From Escherichia coli (lineage in GTDB: Bacteria; Pseudomonadota; Gammaproteobacteria; Enterobacterales; Enterobacteriaceae), in the NCBI RefSeq assembly GCF_030384885.1, contig NZ_CP128613.1: DNA of 64,000 bases. One strand, given 5' to 3'. The position numbers were made by a program, and so were the translations under genes. The notes beneath the pieces were generated by a model, which saw only the letters and a list, made by a program, of their open reading frames with translations, was not told where the DNA came from and searched no databases. Position 1 is the first letter of the stretch, and each line of letters opens with the position of its first letter. Positions 23,265 through 33,030 of the stretch are shown here, in pieces.

Positions 23265-24530
23265 TTAACCTCTATGCTTAATTGTGTTTAACCGGGTGCT
23301 AAATTTACGCTCGCCAAACCGCACATCATTTTCAGGAATAATGAAAACGCGGTAATAGCGGATAAAAACAATAATTGCGGTAATCAGGGCCAGCAGCGCG
23401 AAAGTAAAATCGAGAACAATGATATATTGCAGGCCGATGTTCGACAGATAACCGGTAATCAGCGGAATAACAAAGTTAGCCAGTCCACCCATCATCATAT
23501 AAATACTGGTGACTTTGGCTTTGCTTTTGGGGAAAAACTCTGACATGACCGAAACGCCGAGCTGTAAAATGCCGCCAGCCGCTGAGAAACCGATAACAAA
23601 GGCTCCGGCATTACACACCAGTGGAGAAGGGTACAGGTAGATAATGGCAGCTGTTATTGTTGCCAGTGCAGAGTTAAATACATTAGCCCAGATGGGCCGG
23701 ACCATTTTTTTCAGTAGTGCGGCAAAAATAAAGACACAGACCAACGAGCCCATACTGTAATAAGAGATGGTTTTTAATGCCTCAGCTTCTGACATACCAG
23801 CAAAAGCCATCGCATATTTGGGCATCCACACCACAATCACATAAAAGGTCGAGAATGCGGCTACACCGAACAGTACCGATGAAACACCTTCCAGCCAGAC
23901 TAATGGTTTGCTGTTCATTTGTGGTAATTCATGAGCTACGCTGGCGTCCACCAACTGGCTGGGGAATTTGCTTTTCAACAGCATCAACGTGATCAGTAAA
24001 AATAGGATGCCTGGAATAATCAGCCCATAGCCGTACCAGATATTATTGAGCAACATATAGCTCACTAGCATTGGATAGAACATTTGTCCAAATGACACCA
24101 TTGCTTTAACCAGTATGACTGCCGAACCGGAGGCTTTCGGAAAGCATTCCATTAGCGCGGGGTAACCACCCGTATCCAATGCTGAGTTAGCGATACCTAC
24201 GCACACTGCCAGACAGTAGGCGAGAGTTAAATTCGGGCAAGCGGGAATACCAAAGAAGAATAGCAGATACATTATTACTGCCATTAATATTACCGCCCGA
24301 CGACCAAACTTATCGGAGATCACACCGAAGAATAAAATACTGATCAATCGCCCCAAACCGATACCGGAAATTAAATAGGCAATGCCCGCGTTGTCAGTAG
24401 AAAACTTTTCTGCCAGAGATGACATATTTTGGGCAAGCGTTATAACACTAATGCCGTGCAGGAAATAGCTGAAGTAAATACAAAGAACAGCCAGGATAAA
24501 TGGCGTGCTGAAAGCCTTATTTTGAGACAT
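23265..24530 (-). CDS. ydiN: MFS transporter
   Basis: about 421-aa 12-TM hydrophobic ORF; I chose the ATG with AAGGAG SD (track ORF starts 2 codons earlier at GTG). Confidence 0.88.
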
Positions 24531-24756
24531 TTTCACAGCTCCTTGCTGAAAGATAATTTCGTTACCGTACGTATTGTTCTCCGACGGTTTACATAATTAC
24601 TATACTGAAGATGATTTTCCCTGGGTACATGGCATAAAGTTTATGTTTCCAGGAATATTGCATGTCATAGTTTGTTTTTTATCGCGATTTTCCTTAGTTG
24701 GCGCAGAAAGAGTTATTTATCCGTAAGATCTTGCATGACCTGAAAAGAATATTGCA

Positions 24757-25971
24757 TTACCCACCCGGAGCGACATTTTCCTTTAGCGAGTGATGCCACG
24801 TTTCTTTGCGGCTGCGTAAGCCGATAAACAGTGCCAGTAAAAAGCCGATGGCAGCGATGGCGGTATCGAACCACATAATATCGGCAATACTTCTTTGGGA
24901 CAGATGAGCCGTAATCAACGGAATAGTAAAGGTCGCAATACTGCCCGCACTGTAATAGATCCCTGTAGCTTTACCTTTAGCGTAGGGGAAACGTTCAGCC
25001 ATTAATGTCAGGCCAATTTGCACAACACCTCCAGCAGAGGTAAAACCAATGACAAAAGCAAATATTATCACCACATAAAATGTGGGATGCAGACAGACGG
25101 TAAACAGAGCAATAAATGAGATAAAGGTGTACAGCATCAGTAATGTTGTTGGGCGAACGGTATTACGAATGAGTGGAGCGGTAATAAATACACAAAGCAG
25201 CGAACCCACGGTGTAGATACTGAGTAGTTTGATCGACATAGTGTATGACATGCCTGCAACAAATTGTCCGTACTGTGCCAGCCACTGGCTAACCAGATAA
25301 AAGGTTGCCATTGAGATATAGCCATATAAGGTATAACTGGCTAAATCGATAATTGAACAGCGATGTTCCGTAGAGTTGGTGGCTTTCTCTATGACAGGTA
25401 AGCGACGACCCGGATGTGGTGGGAACGTACAACGGTATAAAAACAGAGCGTTAATAAACATAATGCCTGCGGCAATCATAAAGGACCAGCCGAACCACAG
25501 TTCAGCCCACACTAACAGGCTGATGATTAGCGGTAATAAAAATTGCCCGCTGGAAACAAATGCTTTAATTAAAATATTAGCTGTACCCGGTGAACGTGGA
25601 AAAGCTTCCATCAAACTGGGATAGGTGCCTGCATCGAGAAAACTGTTTGCCATTCCCGCCAGAAAGCCCAAACCATAAGCGATAATGATGTTATTGGTGT
25701 GCAGGATGCCAAAAAAGAAGGCCATATAGCAGCACATCCCGAGCATGATAAAAGGGCGGCGACCAAAGCGATCGGATAATAATCCTGCAAAAAGCAAGAC
25801 ACTTAATCGACCAATACCCAGCGATGAGATAACTATTGAGACGCCTGCGGCATTAGTCTGCCAAAGCGTCTCCAGCGAGGCCATATTCAGGCTCATCAAA
25901 ATGACGCCCATACCATGCACCAGGTAATTAAAATACAACCCAAGTGCGGTAGGGAAATAGGGATTTTTCAT
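24757..25971 (-). CDS. ydiM: MFS transporter
   Basis: 404-aa hydrophobic ORF, paralogous in architecture to ydiN. Confidence 0.9.
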   Translation of the reverse strand: MKNPYFPTALGLYFNYLVHGMGVILMSLNMASLETLWQTNAAGVSIVISSLGIGRLSVLLFAGLLSDRFGRRPFIMLGMCCYMAFFFGILHTNNIIIAYGLGFLAGMANSFLDAGTYPSLMEAFPRSPGTANILIKAFVSSGQFLLPLIISLLVWAELWFGWSFMIAAGIMFINALFLYRCTFPPHPGRRLPVIEKATNSTEHRCSIIDLASYTLYGYISMATFYLVSQWLAQYGQFVAGMSYTMSIKLLSIYTVGSLLCVFITAPLIRNTVRPTTLLMLYTFISFIALFTVCLHPTFYVVIIFAFVIGFTSAGGVVQIGLTLMAERFPYAKGKATGIYYSAGSIATFTIPLITAHLSQRSIADIMWFDTAIAAIGFLLALFIGLRSRKETWHHSLKENVAPGG

Positions 25972-26069
25972 AGGTTCTACTTAGCAAAGGTGCTTTAAAA
26001 AGTGAAGCGATGTTGTGTCAGCATCCGTTCATTATTGTTGTAACAACGACAATTCCTTTCTTTGGAAAA

Positions 26070-26426
26070 TTAACAAAGGCGCTCCAGATCGTGTGCATAT
26101 AATTCAGCGGCTACCGATTGATAGATCTTCCAGTCAATAAAATTGCCATCAGGGTAGACACGTTGAAACGCGGTTAAGTCAGGGAAAAAACGCATGGTGT
26201 TGTTGCCGATGTGGTTATTTATTTTCTCTATGATGGCATGAAGATGTTTTTTTCGTTGCTGTCGCATAGCCAACAGTTGCTCGACCACACGATCAGGAAT
26301 GGCGCATTTGCCATTTTCCCACTGACGCCAGCTTTCACTGTCACCGGTCTGGGCAATCCAGGTCGCGCATTCATCAATAGTCATGGCAAAAATATGGCGG
26401 AGTGCCTGGAGTTCATAAGCGTTCAT
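26070..26426 (-). CDS. ydiL: Uncharacterised protein YdiL
   Basis: 118-aa frame from internal ATG (MNAYELQALRHIF...); the track ORF begins at an upstream TTG. Confidence 0.85.
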   Translation of the reverse strand: MNAYELQALRHIFAMTIDECATWIAQTGDSESWRQWENGKCAIPDRVVEQLLAMRQQRKKHLHAIIEKINNHIGNNTMRFFPDLTAFQRVYPDGNFIDWKIYQSVAAELYAHDLERLC

Positions 26427-26563
26427 CGTGTAATGGCTGCATGAAATAAACAATAAAATATAAATAACATTATCAGCCTGCTGACGGCTTGAAGAGAGTC
26501 ACAGTATCTTGTGCAACATTATTGGAAAGAGTGAGGGGCGAGGTAGCGAAGCGGAAAAATGTT

Positions 26564-26669
26564 AAAAAAAAGCCCATCGTGGGAGATGGGCAAAGACTAC
26601 ACACAGCAATTCGTTGTTTCACTCAGGGGATTTCCATGCTTATAAATCAATATGTTGATTTATAACCGT
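26564..26669 (-). ncRNA. rprA: RprA small regulatory RNA (RpoS translational activator)
   Basis: minus-strand sequence ACGGTTATAAATCAACATATTGATTTATAAGCATGGAAATCCCCTGAGTGAAACAACGAATTGCTGTGTGTAGTCTTTGCCCATCTCCCACGATGGGCTTTTTTTT matches RprA as I remember it, with terminal hairpin and U-tract; located in ydiL-ydiK intergenic region. Confidence 0.9.
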
Positions 26670-26854
26670 GAGCTAATAGTAGGCATACGGACTTTTTGCG
26701 TCGATCAGATTCGTCTCATTAGTTTAAAAACTGTAAAGAATTTGCGACAGGTACTACCAGCTGAAAGGCGGTAAGCAGGAAAATATAGTGAAGAGCAAGC
26801 AAATATCAATTAGCGGTGGTTAACAATCAGGCGGCAGAGCCGCCTGATGAGAAA

Positions 26855-27967
26855 TTACTTATTCGGTTTCTCGATTTCGCCAAGTTCTTCGAGAATTTCT
26901 TCCGGTTGGTCCGTCGGCGGCGGGACTTCTTCCACCCACGCGGCAAACAGACGCCAGGAAACGGCTAACAGAACCGGACCAATAAACAGACCGATCATCC
27001 CGAAAGCAATCAAACCACCAATAACGCCAGAGAGGATCAGGATCAGCGGTAAATCGGCACCCATGCGAATTAACATTGGGCGGATGACGTTATCCAGCGT
27101 GCCAACCACACCACTCCATACCAGTAATACCGTGCCCCAGGTGGTATCGCCGGTCCAGTAAAGCCAGATGATCGCCGGAATCAGCACCGGCAGCGGGCCA
27201 AGTTGGACAAGGCAGGAGAGGATCATTAACACCGTGAGCAAAGTTGCATAAGGTACGCCGGATACCGCGAGGCCGATACCACCAAGCACTGCCTGTACTA
27301 ACGCAGTCACCACAACACCCAGCGCCACTGCGCGGATAGCTTGTGCCGCTAGCAGCACGGCGGCATCTCCACGAACGCCTGCCAGACGGGTAGCAAAATG
27401 GCGAATGCCTTGCGCCACTTGTTCACCGCGCCAGTACAGCAGGGCGCTGAAGAGAAGCATCAGCGCACAATGCACCATAAAGCGCCCGATATGCGCCGCC
27501 TGCCCAACGAACCAGGTGGTGGTGGTGCCAATATAAGGACGGAGTTTCGCCATGATCGCCGTACCCCCCATATCCAGCAAGTTGTGCCAGCCTGCATATA
27601 GCTTCGCGCCAATCACCGGAATGGTATTAAGCCACGCCAGATCGGGTAACGTCATGTCACCGCTGGAAATAGCTTTAATAAGCGGGCCGCTGCCATCGAC
27701 AATACTGTTAACCAACAAGGCAATAGGGATGATAAACACCATCACTAATAACAGCGTCATCACCAGAACGGCGAGAGAGCGGCGGCCAAACATGATCTTT
27801 TGCAAACGTAACAATACCGGCCAGGTAGCGATAACCACCGTACCGGCCCATGCGAAACCGAGAATAAAGGGTTGAACAATCCACAGACATGCCACAATCA
27901 TGATGGCTAAAAACAGCACCGAAAGCAGAATTTGTGCGACATCCCTGGGCTGACGAACATTTACCAT
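26855..27967 (-). CDS. ydiK: AI-2E/PerM-family membrane transporter
   Basis: 370-aa hydrophobic ORF. Confidence 0.9.
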   Translation of the reverse strand: MVNVRQPRDVAQILLSVLFLAIMIVACLWIVQPFILGFAWAGTVVIATWPVLLRLQKIMFGRRSLAVLVMTLLLVMVFIIPIALLVNSIVDGSGPLIKAISSGDMTLPDLAWLNTIPVIGAKLYAGWHNLLDMGGTAIMAKLRPYIGTTTTWFVGQAAHIGRFMVHCALMLLFSALLYWRGEQVAQGIRHFATRLAGVRGDAAVLLAAQAIRAVALGVVVTALVQAVLGGIGLAVSGVPYATLLTVLMILSCLVQLGPLPVLIPAIIWLYWTGDTTWGTVLLVWSGVVGTLDNVIRPMLIRMGADLPLILILSGVIGGLIAFGMIGLFIGPVLLAVSWRLFAAWVEEVPPPTDQPEEILEELGEIEKPNK

Positions 27968-28353
27968 AACTACTTTTCACCTTTTTTGTGCGTCAAATCG
28001 TCGACGCGACGTGAACACGCGAAACTCACCTGCATAATGATGAGCAATTTCAGCGGTTTTTAACAGGCCGATTCTGCCCTTAATTCTGATGGGCGTGTTA
28101 GAAAAAAATGTGGTACAACAAATCAGGCAACACGCAAACGATTTACTCGTCGTATTTCAAATTGCATGTGCTGCGGCTACGTTCGTTCACCCCAGTCACT
28201 TACTTTTGTAAGCTCCTGGAGTTCACTCGCTTGCCGCCTTCCTGCAACTCGAAATCCATAGAGTAAACAAACATCACCTTTCAGTGCGCTATTAGAAGCC
28301 TGAAAGAACAGTGTATCGATCTACATCACAGACCGCAGGAAAGGGTCAATATA

Positions 28354-31300
28354 ATGATTCCACAGATTTCCCAGGCACCCGGCGTCGTTCAATTGGTGCT
28401 TAATTTTTTGCAAGAGCTGGAGCAACAGGGTTTTACTGGCGATACGGCGACAAGTTATGCCGATCGTCTGACAATGTCGACCGACAACAGTATTTACCAA
28501 CTTCTCCCCGATGCAGTGGTATTTCCGCGTTCGACCGCAGATGTGGCGCTGATCGCTCGTCTTGCCGCGCAGGAACGCTATTCATCGCTGATCTTTACCC
28601 CCCGCGGCGGCGGCACCGGCACTAACGGTCAGGCGCTCAACCAGGGGATTATTGTTGATATGTCCCGCCATATGAACCGCATCATCGAAATTAACCCTGA
28701 AGAGGGCTGGGTGCGCGTTGAGGCCGGGGTGATAAAAGATCAACTCAATCAGTACCTGAAACCGTTCGGCTACTTTTTTGCGCCGGAGCTTTCGACCAGC
28801 AACCGGGCAACGCTCGGCGGGATGATCAATACCGATGCATCCGGTCAGGGATCGCTGGTCTATGGCAAAACGTCAGATCACGTACTTGGCGTACGCGCGG
28901 TGTTGTTGGGGGGCGATATTCTCGATACGCAACCCTTACCCGTCGAACTGGCAGAAACGCTGGGTAAAACCAATACCGCAATCGGGCGAATTTATAACAC
29001 GGTTTATCAACGTTGCCGTCAGCAACGCCAGTTAATCATCAACAACTTCCCCAAACTTAACCGCTTTCTTACCGGTTACGATCTGCGTCATGTCTTTAAC
29101 GATGAGATGACCGAGTTCGACCTGACGCGCATTCTGACGGGTTCAGAAGGGACGCTGGCCTTCATTACCGAAGCGCGGCTGGATATTACGCCCTTGCCTA
29201 AAGTGCGCCGTCTGGTGAACGTCAAATATGACTCTTTTGACTCCGCGCTGCGTAACGCGCCGTTTATGGTTGAGGCGAGGGCGCTTTCGGTAGAGACGGT
29301 GGACTCAAAAGTGCTGAATCTGGCGCGGGAAGATATTGTCTGGCATTCCGTCAGCGAGTTGATTACCGATGTGCCTGACAAAGAAATGCTCGGGCTGAAC
29401 ATTGTGGAATTTGCTGGTGATGATGAGACGCTGATTGATGAGCGGGTAAATGCACTCTGTGCGCGGTTGGATGAACTGATTGCCAGCCAACAGGCAGGTG
29501 TGATTGGCTGGCAGGTGTGCCGCGAACTGGCGGGTGTTGAACGTATCTATGCGATGCGCAAAAAAGCCGTTGGTCTGCTTGGCAATGCCAAAGGTGCCGC
29601 TAAGCCAATTCCGTTTGCTGAGGATACCTGCGTACCGCCGGAACATCTGGCCGATTATATTGCTGAATTTCGCGCGCTGCTCGACAGCCACGGCTTAAGC
29701 TACGGTATGTTCGGTCACGTCGATGCAGGTGTCTTGCACGTCCGTCCGGCGCTGGATATGTGCGATCCACAACAAGAGATTTTGATGAAGCAAATCTCTG
29801 ATGATGTAGTGGCGTTGACTGCGAAATACGGTGGTTTGTTGTGGGGCGAACACGGTAAAGGTTTTCGTGCCGAATACAGCCCGGCGTTTTTCGGTGAGGT
29901 ACTTTACGGCGAATTACGTAAAGTCAAAGCGGCATTTGATCCACAAAACCGGCTCAACCCAGGGAAAATTTGCCCACCGGAAGGTATCGACGCGCCTATG
30001 ATGAAAGTGGACGCGGTGAAGCGTGGCACATATGATCGACAGATCCCCATCGCGGTACGCCAGCAGTGGCGCGGGGCAATGGAGTGTAATGGCAACGGTT
30101 TATGCTTCAACTTTGATGCCCGCAGTCCGATGTGCCCGTCGATGAAGATCACCCAGAACCGGATTCATTCACCGAAAGGACGCGCAACGCTGGTGCGTGA
30201 GTGGCTGCGTTTGTTGGCAGATCGCGGCGTTGACCCACTCAAACTGGAACAAGAACTGCCTGAATCCGGCGTCAGTTTGCGGACGTTAATTGCCCGCACG
30301 CGCAATAGCTGGCATGCGAATAAAGGCGAATATGACTTCTCACACGAAGTCAAAGAGGCGATGTCGGGCTGTCTGGCCTGTAAAGCTTGTTCGACCCAGT
30401 GCCCCATCAAAATTGATGTGCCGGAGTTTCGCTCTCGTTTCCTGCAGCTCTATCACACACGTTATTTACGCCCATTACGTGACCATTTGGTGGCAACGGT
30501 TGAGAGCTACGCGCCGCTGATGGCACGCGCGCCGAAAACCTTTAACTTCTTCATTAACCAGCCGCTGGTGCGCAAACTCTCGGAAAAACATATTGGCATG
30601 GTTGATTTGCCGCTGCTGTCGGTCCCCTCGCTGCAACAACAAATGGTGGGGCATCGCTCGGCAAACATGACGCTGGAACAGCTTGAAGCTCTCAATGCAG
30701 AGCAGAAAGCGCGCACGGTGTTGGTGGTGCAGGACCCCTTTACCAGCTATTACGATGCGCAAGTGGTGGCGGATTTTGTCCGTCTGGTCGAAAAATTAGG
30801 TTTCCAGCCCGTGTTACTGCCATTTTCGCCGAATGGCAAAGCCCAGCATATCAAAGGCTTTCTTAATCGTTTTGCGAAGACGGCGAAAAAAACGGCGGAT
30901 TTTCTCAACCGAATGGCGAAATTGGGAATGCCAATGGTGGGCGTCGATCCAGCGCTGGTACTTTGTTATCGCGATGAATATAAACTGGCTCTGGGCGAGG
31001 AGCGTGGCGAGTTTAAGGTCTTACTGGCGAATGAATGGTTGGCAAGCATACTTGAGTCACAGCCAGTGGCTACAGTCAGCGGTGAATCATGGTATTTCTT
31101 TGGTCACTGTACCGAGGTTACCGCTTTGCCGGGCGCGCCAGCACAATGGGCTGCGATATTTGCCCGTTTTGGCGCGAAACTGGAAAATGTCAGCGTGGGT
31201 TGCTGCGGCATGGCAGGGACTTACGGACATGAAGCGAAAAACCATAAAAATTCGCTCGGGATCTATGAGTTATCCTGGCATCAGGTGATGCAGCGACTGC

Positions 31301-31410
31301 CGCGTAACCGCTGTCTGGCGACCGGATATTCCTGCCGTAGTCAGGTCAAACGGGTTGAAGGCACGGGGGTACGCCATCCTGTGCAGGCTTTACTGGAGAT
31401 TATTAAATGA
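28354..31410 (+). CDS. ydiJ: FAD-linked oxidoreductase fused to Fe-S/CCG domains (GlcD-GlcF-like; putative D-2-hydroxyacid dehydrogenase)
   Basis: 1018-aa ORF: N-terminal PCMH-type FAD-binding region (RGGGTGTNGQA), C-terminal ferredoxin-type CLACKACSTQCP and CCG motif GCCGMAG. Confidence 0.92.
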   Translation: MIPQISQAPGVVQLVLNFLQELEQQGFTGDTATSYADRLTMSTDNSIYQLLPDAVVFPRSTADVALIARLAAQERYSSLIFTPRGGGTGTNGQALNQGIIVDMSRHMNRIIEINPEEGWVRVEAGVIKDQLNQYLKPFGYFFAPELSTSNRATLGGMINTDASGQGSLVYGKTSDHVLGVRAVLLGGDILDTQPLPVELAETLGKTNTAIGRIYNTVYQRCRQQRQLIINNFPKLNRFLTGYDLRHVFNDEMTEFDLTRILTGSEGTLAFITEARLDITPLPKVRRLVNVKYDSFDSALRNAPFMVEARALSVETVDSKVLNLAREDIVWHSVSELITDVPDKEMLGLNIVEFAGDDETLIDERVNALCARLDELIASQQAGVIGWQVCRELAGVERIYAMRKKAVGLLGNAKGAAKPIPFAEDTCVPPEHLADYIAEFRALLDSHGLSYGMFGHVDAGVLHVRPALDMCDPQQEILMKQISDDVVALTAKYGGLLWGEHGKGFRAEYSPAFFGEVLYGELRKVKAAFDPQNRLNPGKICPPEGIDAPMMKVDAVKRGTYDRQIPIAVRQQWRGAMECNGNGLCFNFDARSPMCPSMKITQNRIHSPKGRATLVREWLRLLADRGVDPLKLEQELPESGVSLRTLIARTRNSWHANKGEYDFSHEVKEAMSGCLACKACSTQCPIKIDVPEFRSRFLQLYHTRYLRPLRDHLVATVESYAPLMARAPKTFNFFINQPLVRKLSEKHIGMVDLPLLSVPSLQQQMVGHRSANMTLEQLEALNAEQKARTVLVVQDPFTSYYDAQVVADFVRLVEKLGFQPVLLPFSPNGKAQHIKGFLNRFAKTAKKTADFLNRMAKLGMPMVGVDPALVLCYRDEYKLALGEERGEFKVLLANEWLASILESQPVATVSGESWYFFGHCTEVTALPGAPAQWAAIFARFGAKLENVSVGCCGMAGTYGHEAKNHKNSLGIYELSWHQVMQRLPRNRCLATGYSCRSQVKRVEGTGVRHPVQALLEIIK

Positions 31411-31817
31411 TATGGAAACGAAAAATCACCCTGGAAGCACTGAATGCCATGGGTGAAGGAAACATGGTGGGGTTACTGGATATTCGCTTTGAACATATTG
31501 GTGATGACACCCTTGAAGCGACAATGCCAGTAGACTCGCGGACAAAGCAGCCTTTCGGGTTGCTGCATGGAGGCGCGTCTGTGGTGCTAGCCGAAAGTAT
31601 CGGTTCCGTTGCCGGTTATTTATGTACCGAAGGTGAGCAAAAGGTGGTTGGTCTGGAAATCAATGCTAACCACGTCCGCTCGGCACGAGAAGGGCGGGTG
31701 CGCGGCGTATGCAAACCGTTGCATCTCGGTTCGCGTCACCAGGTCTGGCAGATTGAAATCTTCGATGAGAAAGGGCGTTTGTGCTGTTCGTCACGATTAA
31801 CGACCGCCATTTTGTGA
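31407..31817 (+). CDS. menI: Hotdog-fold thioesterase, 1,4-dihydroxy-2-naphthoyl-CoA hydrolase
   Basis: 136-aa ORF; start overlaps ydiJ stop (ATGA). Confidence 0.92.
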   Translation: MIWKRKITLEALNAMGEGNMVGLLDIRFEHIGDDTLEATMPVDSRTKQPFGLLHGGASVVLAESIGSVAGYLCTEGEQKVVGLEINANHVRSAREGRVRGVCKPLHLGSRHQVWQIEIFDEKGRLCCSSRLTTAIL

Positions 31818-31916
31818 CGTTGTCACCAGAAAAGTGTGACGCATATTGCTTTTGGTCATTATCTGCACAGTAAACGGTGGTATACTGTGCAGGTCTTGTC
31901 TAAAAGCGAGGATGCT

Positions 31917-32105
31917 ATGTCTACTCAACTTGATCCCACCCAGCTGGCCATTGAATTTTTACGCCGTGACCAGAGCAATCTTTCACCTGCCCAATATCTC
32001 AAACGTCTGAAACAATTAGAACTTGAATTTGCTGACCTGCTTACTCTCTCTTCTGCTGAATTAAAAGAAGAAATCTACTTTGCCTGGCGTTTGGGCGTGC
32101 ATTGA
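31917..32105 (+). CDS. ydiH: Small uncharacterised protein YdiH
   Basis: 62-aa frame from internal ATG (MSTQLDPTQLAIEFLRRDQSNL...) with GAGGA SD; track ORF extends 27 codons upstream. Confidence 0.78.
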   Translation: MSTQLDPTQLAIEFLRRDQSNLSPAQYLKRLKQLELEFADLLTLSSAELKEEIYFAWRLGVH

Positions 32106-32259
32106 TCCTGACGTAATGCCGCGAGTTCGCCAAATCGGCCTGGATTAATCTTCGTCCAGGTTCGAGGGCCTTCTTAATACTGCTTATCTACCCGCCTGAT
32201 AACGTTCAAAAATAATACAGATCGCAGTTTGTGCTAAAACAGCGGCTTAGCTTTATGAG

Positions 32260-32360
32260 ACTATTCTTATCGCCCCTTCAAGAGCTAAGCCACTGTGAGT
32301 GCCGGAGATAAGCGCCGGATGGGGTAGAAACCCTTAAGCCTGTGATGCACAGACTTAAGG
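32260..32360 (+). ncRNA. rydB: Candidate RydB-like small RNA locus (boundaries approximate)
   Basis: ydiH-sufA intergenic region; 5' hairpin (gccgg-agataagc-gccgg) and terminator-like hairpin aaacccttaag-cctgtgatgcacaga-cttaagggttt followed by tcttatttct; RydB is known to map between ydiH and sufA, exact sequence not recalled. Confidence 0.45.
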
Positions 32361-32593
32361 GTTTTCTTATTTCTGAACGCTGCAATTTTTTACCTATCTC
32401 TTAAATAGTCATTTTCAATACAACTTTTTCTTTTTCATCACAGCCTTAATGCTCCTTAGATAATAATCATTATCTAACAATGAGATACCTAATTCTTAGC
32501 GTGCCTGTTAACCCACACATCAGGGTCTATGCTTATTAAAAGCAGGCAAAAAGCATGTTTTACGGTAAAGCCCCTGCGTTTGCTGGGTTGAAC

Positions 32594-32608
32594 TGATAAT
32601 CATTATCA
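32594..32608 (+). promoter_or_regulatory. Fur box in sufA promoter
   Basis: TGATAATCATTATCA, near-perfect Fur consensus core, about 45-60 nt upstream of sufA ATG. Confidence 0.75.
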
Positions 32609-32653
32609 CTAACATGCTGTTATACGCTGAAAGCGATGAAGTGAGGTAAATCG

Positions 32654-33022
32654 ATGGACATGCATTCAGGAACCTTTAATCCACAGGATTTCGCCTGGCA
32701 GGGCTTAACGCTGACACCTGCTGCCGCGGTCCACATCCGTGAGCTGGTGGCAAAGCAGCCGGGTATGGTAGGCGTGCGCTTAGGCGTGAAGCAAACGGGC
32801 TGCGCGGGCTTTGGCTATGTGCTCGACAGTGTTAGCGAGCCAGACAAAGACGATCTGCTGTTTGAACACGACGGCGCGAAGCTGTTTGTCCCGCTGCAAG
32901 CGATGCCGTTTATTGATGGCACGGAAGTCGATTTCGTTCGTGAAGGACTTAATCAGATATTCAAATTTCACAACCCTAAAGCCCAGAATGAATGTGGCTG
33001 TGGCGAAAGCTTTGGGGTATAG
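32654..33022 (+). CDS. sufA: Fe-S cluster A-type carrier
   Basis: 122-aa ORF with C-terminal CGCGESF motif. Confidence 0.96.
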   Translation: MDMHSGTFNPQDFAWQGLTLTPAAAVHIRELVAKQPGMVGVRLGVKQTGCAGFGYVLDSVSEPDKDDLLFEHDGAKLFVPLQAMPFIDGTEVDFVREGLNQIFKFHNPKAQNECGCGESFGV

Positions 33023-33030
33023 GCGGTACT

